A stretch of DNA of 64,000 nucleotides from positions 124,001-188,000 of the forward strand of contig BROI01000027.1 in assembly GCA_027923505.1 (NCBI GenBank). The letters are read 5' to 3'. The position numbers and the translations under genes are program-made. This stretch comes from Mayamaea pseudoterrestris (Eukaryota). Within the stretch, counting starts at the first letter, position 1; every line of letters starts with the position of its first letter. Under the pieces are notes generated by a model, which saw only the letters and a list, made by a program, of their open reading frames with translations, searched no databases and was not told the origin of the DNA. This document shows, one piece after another, positions 56,622 to 64,000 of the stretch.

Positions 56622-59498
56622 ATGCCTCAAAAGATTCTTTTACTTCACGGAAATCGCCAGACTGGACAGGTTCTTTTGGGTCGAATGGAACGACTCCGCA
56701 AAAAGCTGCTGGCAGTTGGTTTGGAACTGGTGGCACCAGACGCCTTATTTCCGCATCCAGAGGATGTAGCCGTGAGGCAGTGGTGGAATCGAGTCGATAA
56801 TGCCTATTTGGATCTTGATGTGACGCTGCAGCAGATTGCATCAATATGGATGAGTGCAAAAGCAGCATCGTCATCATCAACCCCCAATCATCAAGATGAA
56901 CATGCTTTTGTTGGTGTCATGGGGTTCTCCATGGGAGCTCGGCTTGCACATTTGCTTGCAGTCGCTCATTCTCGTGATCCAAATGGTTTCCTTCAAGGAT
57001 TGCAGTTTGTCATAATGGTGGCGGGCTACGATGCGCCCTTGCCGGATGGCTTTGATCAAATGTTTGCTCCAACAATCACAGACAACTTCGTTTCAAGCGC
57101 GCAGTCTCAATCATTACTTATTCAAATTCCAAGCCTCCATGTTTATGGGGAGACGGATCGACTAATAGAGCCGGCATTATCGCAAGCAGTCATGAACCAC
57201 TACGAGCACGCCGAGTCGCACGTTCATGCGGGCGGCCACCACGTTCCCATGCAAGCGGAAAGCACCAAGGTATATCTGGATTTCATTGATCGCTGCCGCA
57301 ATGCTAGCGTGGAAGCAAAACGTTTAGCTACGATGCAGCAGCTTGGCAAGTCTCCATCTACAGGTAGTTTAGCTGGAGGAAGATTGGCGTCGCAGCAACA
57401 AGCAGCGCGGTCTTCACAGTCTACACCAGCCGCATCCGCAATTCTTGAACCAGAGCCCGACGACGAAACCAAGCAGATTCAAACGGATGAAGTTGAGGCA
57501 CTGACTGCCATTTTCCCAGAGGAAGTGACGCTGCTGTCGAAACACTCGGCGACAGAAGGGACTTTCGAGTCACCCATTCAGTACACCGTTGATTTGACAC
57601 GCTCAGATATTGGCACATGGCCACCTCGTCCATTGAAAATACAATTCACATATCCTTACAACTATCCAGAAACTGCTATTCCAAAAATAAAACTTATTCA
57701 TGACATGAACGTTATGGAGTTTTCCTATGGCGCCGCCAATGCTTGTATCGCGAAAATGGAGGAGGCAGCGCAAGCCGAGCAAGTCATGCCGTCGGTAATG
57801 TCGTGCATTTATGCTGCTCGAGACTTTTTCGAATCTGATGGCATGCTGCAGTATGCAAAAAATCAAGTGGATGATGCTGTAGAGCAAGCGGAAAATGGCG
57901 AGGGCGAAGTATTGAATCTTTCGAATGCTGCCATTATTCCTGCTTCACCCGAACGGATAGAAGAATGCACATTACGAGGCTTGTCCATTGCCGAATCACT
58001 CCTCCGACTCAACACAGCACCAGACATTAAAGAAACAGATTGCGCCACTGGAAAAGGAGGCTCCTGGGTGTACACGATTGGACTGGTCGGAAAGCCATCC
58101 GCTGGCAAGTCCACCTTTTTCAACGCTGCGACGGCTTTTGCAAGGCAACGCGACGACCACGAGAACGCACTAGGCGGAGCAGCTATGGCACCGCATCCCT
58201 TTACAACAATTGATCCAAACACTGGCTGCGCGCTCGTGCCAGCGCCATTCGGATCATGCCCCGAAGATGATTTTGATTCATTACAAAACGGGCTTACCAT
58301 TGGCAACACGCACGGACGGGATATGAATGGTCGTCGATTGATACCGGTGCTATTAAAGGATGTCGCTGGACTAGTTCCTGGTGCATATCAAGGTCGTGGT
58401 CGCGGAAACAAATTTTTGAACGACTTGTGCGATGCGGATGTCCTCATTCACGTCATGGATGCAAGCGGTACGGCGGACACGGAAGGAAACCACGTTGGCG
58501 TGGAGGAGGATGGAATGACTCCTTGCTCCGGAGCCTCTAATCCGCTTAAGGATCTTGCTTGGATTCGCAAGGAGTTGATTGAGTGGGTCTACACCAATTT
58601 GCTTGTAAAATGGGACACAATCAAGCGTAAAGGAAGGTCCAAACTAGAAGCAATGTTTAATGGCTACGGACAAAAGTCTGCAGTGACTTGGAGCATACTT
58701 AACGCCGTTGAAAAGGAGATGGAACGCATTGGCCAACGCGAGAAGCCTTTAAACTGCCTTGACGAGTGGGATGAAGGAGACGTCCACTTGCTCGTTTCAG
58801 CCTTTCTGGGCGTTCGATTTCCTATGGTGCTGGCCTTGAACAAGTGCGACTTGCCATCAAGTCGAGCATACATTGACGAAATTCTAACTGCCTTGCCTGC
58901 CCATGGAGCACATATTGGAGTTCCAGTGTGTGCTAGAGAAGAAATGAGTTTCATAAAGGAGACGATTCAAGCGGCTATAGAAGGTTCTAGATATTCACTA
59001 AAGTACGAGAAACGCGGCGAACCACCCGTGGGTGTATGGCAGTGCCTCCAATCGGCACTTACCTTAAAAGAGCCGGTTCTCGTCTTTCCTGTGGCAGATT
59101 TTGTCAACTTTGCTCCGCTTCCGGGACTATCGGATCATGTGACAAGCGATGCGTCCTTGCCGCGCCCAGGCATGATTGCTTGCCTTGAAAAGGCAGGTGG
59201 GAGCGTTCCATCATCCTGGGATACAGCGACTGACGCGTACTCCTCTGATCTTATCAAGAAACGCCCCGTCGCACTTCGCGATGTCCTCATCATGAAGCCG
59301 GGGTCAACAATCGAAGACGTCTTTTTAACCCTGAAACGCCCTGGCGCCGTCGGCGGCGAATTCATCCGAGCAGAAGCGAGCGGAAGCATCTCCGAGCCCC
59401 CAAAACCAATTCCAAAACACGAAGTTGTATCCAAGGCGACGCGAATTGTGAAAATCATGACATCAAAACGTTCATCTTGGCAAGCAAGCTACAAGTGA
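56622..59498 (+). CDS. FSH1 serine hydrolase + RWD domain + Obg-family GTPase (YGR210C/YchF-related) fusion
   Basis: LLLHGNRQ, GFSMGA, HVYGETD and GGHHVP; EVEALTAIFP and YPYNYP; GKPSAGKST, PFTTIDPN, DVAGLVPGA and NKCD. Confidence 0.9.
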   Translation: MPQKILLLHGNRQTGQVLLGRMERLRKKLLAVGLELVAPDALFPHPEDVAVRQWWNRVDNAYLDLDVTLQQIASIWMSAKAASSSSTPNHQDEHAFVGVMGFSMGARLAHLLAVAHSRDPNGFLQGLQFVIMVAGYDAPLPDGFDQMFAPTITDNFVSSAQSQSLLIQIPSLHVYGETDRLIEPALSQAVMNHYEHAESHVHAGGHHVPMQAESTKVYLDFIDRCRNASVEAKRLATMQQLGKSPSTGSLAGGRLASQQQAARSSQSTPAASAILEPEPDDETKQIQTDEVEALTAIFPEEVTLLSKHSATEGTFESPIQYTVDLTRSDIGTWPPRPLKIQFTYPYNYPETAIPKIKLIHDMNVMEFSYGAANACIAKMEEAAQAEQVMPSVMSCIYAARDFFESDGMLQYAKNQVDDAVEQAENGEGEVLNLSNAAIIPASPERIEECTLRGLSIAESLLRLNTAPDIKETDCATGKGGSWVYTIGLVGKPSAGKSTFFNAATAFARQRDDHENALGGAAMAPHPFTTIDPNTGCALVPAPFGSCPEDDFDSLQNGLTIGNTHGRDMNGRRLIPVLLKDVAGLVPGAYQGRGRGNKFLNDLCDADVLIHVMDASGTADTEGNHVGVEEDGMTPCSGASNPLKDLAWIRKELIEWVYTNLLVKWDTIKRKGRSKLEAMFNGYGQKSAVTWSILNAVEKEMERIGQREKPLNCLDEWDEGDVHLLVSAFLGVRFPMVLALNKCDLPSSRAYIDEILTALPAHGAHIGVPVCAREEMSFIKETIQAAIEGSRYSLKYEKRGEPPVGVWQCLQSALTLKEPVLVFPVADFVNFAPLPGLSDHVTSDASLPRPGMIACLEKAGGSVPSSWDTATDAYSSDLIKKRPVALRDVLIMKPGSTIEDVFLTLKRPGAVGGEFIRAEASGSISEPPKPIPKHEVVSKATRIVKIMTSKRSSWQASYK

Positions 59499-60644
59499 CG
59501 AACCCAGCGAACTGTTGACTTGTTCGCGTCGGTTTCTTGAGATTCCTTTTCAGCGACTTTTGCTGGGCGACGCTTTGGAAAAAGGAAGCCACGGTTCTTT
59601 TGCGTTTTGACAGGCTTGACGTTGACTTCTACGGCCATGCCCGGTGGTATCGTCTGCAGCTGGTAGTCGCCGTAGGCGATGCGAATCAGCCGCGTCACAT
59701 CCACTGAGAATGGAACGGTCAAAAAGCAATTGAGTTAGTATTGACAGTGGTTCAGATTAGCAACTACTGCCTGTCAAATAACAAAAGCATCTCCACTACT
59801 AATACGTACAACCCATTTGCGAAAAGACTTTACGTATCTGTCGATTCTTTCCTTCTGCACACGTGACTTGAAGCCACTTGTTACTCGCCGCTTGGCTTCG
59901 GCGTCCACCACTAGCACTGTCCATTCGCACCTTCATGGGCGCGTATCGAACGCCATCAATCGTCAATCCCTTGGCAATCTGCGCTAGTTTATAGTCGGTG
60001 ACGTTGCCATGCGCGCGGACCCGATAGACGCGATGCACCAAGCTTGATGGGAGCTCCAATTGCCGAGCATAGTTGCCATCATTGGTCAGTAGTATCAAGC
60101 CTTCGGTTGGTAAATCGAGACGTCCGACTGGCTTCAAGTGAAGCTTGGTGTGTTTGCCAATCTTGCCGACGCCGCCTCGCGCCATGCGCTGCATGAGCGA
60201 GGGCCGTCCCAGCGGGTCGGAATCGCTGACAATTTCCCCCGCTAGCTTATGGGCGAGCCAAACGCGAGTCGTCGGCTTGTCCTGCTCCTGCTGCTTCATA
60301 GATAAATTTGTCTTAGTAGTATTTCCGTCATTGACATTCACAACCTTGCCCAACACTTGCAGTGCACTATTTTGCACACTTCCATTTGCCACCAAAATTT
60401 GCGGCGACGTTACGATTTTGCCAGCCAGCGTCACTTCGCCGTTCTTAATAAGACGTTCCGCCTCTCGCCGACTCATGTGCGCGTGCTCGGCAATGAGTTT
60501 GGACAGTCGATGCGTGTTGGCAGCGACGACACCCTGTTGATCAATGCTGCCGCCGCCGAGGGAAGCGGGCGAGGACGACAGTGACGACGTCAATCTGACG
60601 CCAAATCTTTTGTGAAATGATCGGAAGGTAAGACTAGTATTCAT
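59489..60644 (-). CDS. RsuA/RluB-family pseudouridine synthase with S4 domain; intron 59704-59809
   Basis: RLSKLIA..SRREAERLI, VGRLDLPTEGLILLTNDG, EGKNRQIRK and VTRLIRIAYG. Confidence 0.92.
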
Positions 60645-60967
60645 GTGACTAAAAGTTTGGAGCTAAAGCGCGTGGAGAAGGTAGATAGAAGCTGCGAATT
60701 TGTTGCCATGGCGTCGCTCGGCAGGGCGGTGGTCCACAGATGAAGTCGTTCCGGTTCTCTTAAACGTCGCTCCGGTTGTCACTACTGGAATGTTGCTATC
60801 TCATCTTGTCCAGAAGCGAAAAGTGCACTGTTGCTGCATCACTCAGGCCAGCTCGAGCAATGCAGAAACATATGTAACTTTGGGTTCCTTTAAAGCTAAA
60901 CTACCGGTACGTGGCATCACATACTCGGATGCCATGCTGTATAAAAACTGGCGTAACAGTCCTCGGT

Positions 60968-62109
60968 CTACAATATCTCGAAGGGACGAGCCTTTGGTGA
61001 TTCCGAAACACGTTTCGCTTCAATTTTCGTATTCCCTGTAGCATTTCGCTTTCCTAGAGTAGCTTGGCTTGTTTTCGTTACCTTTGCAAACGTCGCCGAG
61101 CCCATTTGATCAAAGCCATTCCTGACACATTCAGGTGGTACTAAACCTTGAATCTGGCCAGCCCTTTCCGACAGTGCTTGCTGTTTACGAGTTCGTGCTT
61201 GTGTCACTTTCGGCAAGGCTTGCAAAACAATGAAGCGAATGCTCGCAAAGTCTTCCAACTGGCGGCAGTACTTTCGAACCTCATCGTTGGTAATGTACGA
61301 GTTTGAACCATCCTCGGCAAGAGTCTGGGGTCCAAACGAGCAGTAGACCTCCTCCTGAGAAAATGAAATATTTGATAAGAAACATGCATTAGTTATGCAT
61401 GTCTATCTCCGCATTTTTTCCTTAAACTGACCTGATTCAGTTGCTTGCCAAGTACGCCTTGCATGATTCTGCGATCTATATTCTGAGTTCCTTTCCACAA
61501 AGCAATATCGTTTAACTGAATCTTGCGCAGAAATGAGATGTTATAATGCTTCAGAAGCACATCTTGGCAAATAAGAACCTCTTTGAAACAGTGCAAGCAG
61601 AATGGGAGATATATCTGTGCATCTGGCCCAACAACATCCAGTGTCGCAAATGAAACCAAGGAACTCTCAAAGAATGACCGCGACCAGTGCTGACGATCCC
61701 ATCCAGTGGGAATCCAAAAGTAATCAAGTAGCACCTGGTCGAACGTCACGCCCGAAAAGTGGTCCTTGAGCGACGCGACAAACTTTCGATGATTAAAGTC
61801 TCCTTCATAGTGACGATCGGATCGATAGATCGCTCCCTTTTCTCGCGACACAGTATACACATCAGCTTTGCAGACTCGCTCCGTCTCAACAATACGAGCG
61901 AGATCTCGCCCATCCATTTCCGTCAAAAGTCCTCGCTGCACACTGGCGACGGCGTTGCATAGTTCAGCGGATGCGTAGGACGGCAGTACTGATTCATTCT
62001 CATTCTCAACCAGATCCGAAAGATCTTTTCCCATACTAGCAAGTTGGTCTTGCACATTGGCGTAGGAAACGCCCAAGCAAAGGACCTTTTTGCGTGGACG
62101 AGGCGCCAT
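60968..62109 (-). CDS. Hypothetical protein; intron 61355-61431
   Basis: Globular-looking ORF from MAPRPRKK (ATG 62109). A phase-0 GT-AG intron joins it to the 60968-61258 frame. No family recognised. Confidence 0.72.
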
Positions 62110-62173
62110 GGTGGCATTTACTAGTATGCATCCGACGATTATTTTTACGGCTCGACGACTCATGCAGTAAATT

Positions 62174-62434
62174 ACGTCACGAGGCAATAGTACGAAACGA
62201 GTGCCAGTGAAAACTACGTCATAAGGCAATACTATGAAACGAAAGCCAGTGAAAACTACGTCATAAGGCAATAGTACGAAACAAGTGCCAGTGTCAATTA
62301 CGTCATTAGGCATTAGTACGAAACAAGTGCCAGTGTCAATTACGTCACAAGGCAATAGTGTGAAACAAGTGCCAGTGTCAATTACGTCACAAGGCAATAG
62401 TGTGAAACGAGTGCCAGTGTCAATTACGTCACAA
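62174..62434 (+). repeat. 42-bp tandem array C (6 units plus partial)
   Basis: Units start at 62174, 62216, 62258, 62300, 62342, 62384 and 62426, with the same consensus as arrays A and B. Confidence 0.97.
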
Positions 62435-62566
62435 TCTGCATCTTGGAATTCGCTCGAACTGCGCCGGTTCCATCTCATTCGAACGCGATACATTTTCCAT
62501 TCCTCTGATCAAACTTCGAGCACAATGTCCGAAACTATTACTACAAACCCTATATCATAATAAAAC

Positions 62567-63744
62567 ATGGCGACAATCAAGGATGGAACTGGCACAATCA
62601 TGTTGGCGGCGTTTGACACGTCGTGCGACTTGAAGAAGCTCGAGGCGGGACGCCCCAAGGTTGGATCTAACGACATTTCGATTGACATTCAGTTTTGCGG
62701 CATGTGCCACAGCGATCTTCACGCTTGCAACGGTGACTGGGGTTCGAAAAAGTTTCCGATTGCTCCGGGACATGAGATCGCCGGAATTGTGAAGGATGTT
62801 GGTGACAAGGTGAAAGAATTCAAGGTCGGAGACAGGGTCGGCGTTGGCTGCTTGGTGGATAGCTGTCGGAGCTGTGATTTGTGTCAGAAGGGACTCGAAA
62901 ATCATTGTCCAGGCGCAGTGCAGACCTACTGCTCGGACTTTCCGGATGGAAAGGGCGCAAACATGGAGAAAGCCGTTGGATATTATACAAACGGAGGCTA
63001 CAGCACTGATATCACCGTCAGCGAGCACTTTGTGTTCCATATTCCAAAAGGTTCGTACGTTGCAGCATCATACGTTCACATGACACAAATCTTATTCTGG
63101 TCATGTATCGTTTGCAGATATGGACATGGAATATGCTGGGATCTTGCTATGTGCGGGGATTACCATGTTTTCGCCACTCAATCGTCACATTTTGGAAAGG
63201 GGAGGCGGTGAAGGGAAGCACATAGGAATCGTGGGTTTTGGCGGACTTGGTCAGATGGGTGTCAAACTTGCCAAAGCCATGGGCTGCGAGGTGACTATCT
63301 TGTCACGGAACCGTAAGAAGGAATCAGCTGCCAAAGCTTTGGGCGCAAACCTTCTCGTTCATGCTGATGAGAAAGCAATCAAGTCTGCTGAAAGGTCATT
63401 TGATCTCATTCTTGACACAGTTTCCGCCAAGCATCCAATCGGGCCACTAGCTTCCATTCTCAAGGTCGGTGGGACAATGATCTTGATTGGTGGCGTCTCA
63501 CAGCCATTCGAGATTTCGGCGCTTCAGCTGGCTTTTGGTCGCCAGGCCATCAGGATCTGCAATCGGAGGCGTTCCCGAAACGCAGCAGATGCTAGACTTT
63601 TGTGCCAAACACAAAATTGTACCGGAATACAAGGTCATTCACGCAAAAGACGCTTCAGCTCACTTTCAGGAGATGTTAGCTGGCGAAGCTGATGCCATGC
63701 GCGCCGTAATCGATATTGCAACTCTCGCAGAGTTAAAGGACTGA
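62567..63744 (+). CDS. Zinc-dependent NADP alcohol dehydrogenase (cinnamyl-ADH family); intron 63051-63117; frameshift near 63552
   Basis: CGMCHSD, PGHEIAG, CRSCDLC..ENHC, LLCAGIT and VGFGGLG. The C-terminal GSAIGGVPETQQMLDFC is in another frame. Confidence 0.88.
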
Positions 63745-63820
63745 AAAGACTGACGCGCTGGAAATTGCATGTAAGCCAATTAGAGAAACAATCATATACG
63801 TAGTCAATAGACAACCATAG

Positions 63821-64000
63821 CTAATACATTGGAGAAAGGAAAAGAGGGCGTTGTAGGTGAAAAGCTTGCTCAAAGTGACTCGTCCAGTTGATCCATTGGC
63901 AACCTTCCTTTTTCGCCGAAGCCTTGTTTACGCCAATCGTCCAGTGTCTTGCCTTACACGTAGAATTCCGACCCGATATTAGCTTGGCCAATAAACCAAA
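63821..64000 (-). CDS. Possible 3' end of a gene entering from beyond the window
   Basis: Stop-free 60-codon frame from the window edge to TAG, convergent with the ADH gene. No motif recognised. Confidence 0.3.
   Translation of the reverse strand, partial: FGLLAKLISGRNSTCKARHWTIGVNKASAKKEGCQWINWTSHFEQAFHLQRPLFLSPMY

Noticed and set aside
50043..60644. Functional cluster of two pseudouridine synthases and a GTPase
   Set aside because: The synthases are from different families and are separated by unrelated genes. No sign of operon-like linkage.

Overview
Gene-dense eukaryotic nuclear DNA, most likely a diatom (inferred from short GT-AG introns, bipartite plastid presequences of the ASA-F type and a symbiont-type ubiquitin). 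It holds about 32 protein-coding genes on largely alternating strands, one clear pseudogene (FkbM-type methyltransferase) and one frameshifted alcohol dehydrogenase. I saw no rRNA, tRNA, transposase or CRISPR locus. The main unexplained structure is a family of 42-bp tandem arrays at 39.5, 49.6 and 62.2 kb. All three have the same orientation, lie between divergently transcribed genes and carry an ACGTCA (TGACGT) bZIP-type site in nearly every unit, and the two longer arrays show the same ordered switch between two unit subtypes. A 17-bp perfect palindrome sharing the AGTGCCA core lies in the divergent gap at 29.9 kb. Protein-level highlights: a glutamate dehydrogenase homolog lacking its catalytic residues, a degenerate Ham1/ITPase domain fused to xanthine phosphoribosyltransferase, RluA-Janus and FSH1-RWD-Obg fusions, and a signal-peptide ubiquitin lacking K48/K63 flanked by RGG on both sides. 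All family calls come from motif recognition by eye, not database searches.
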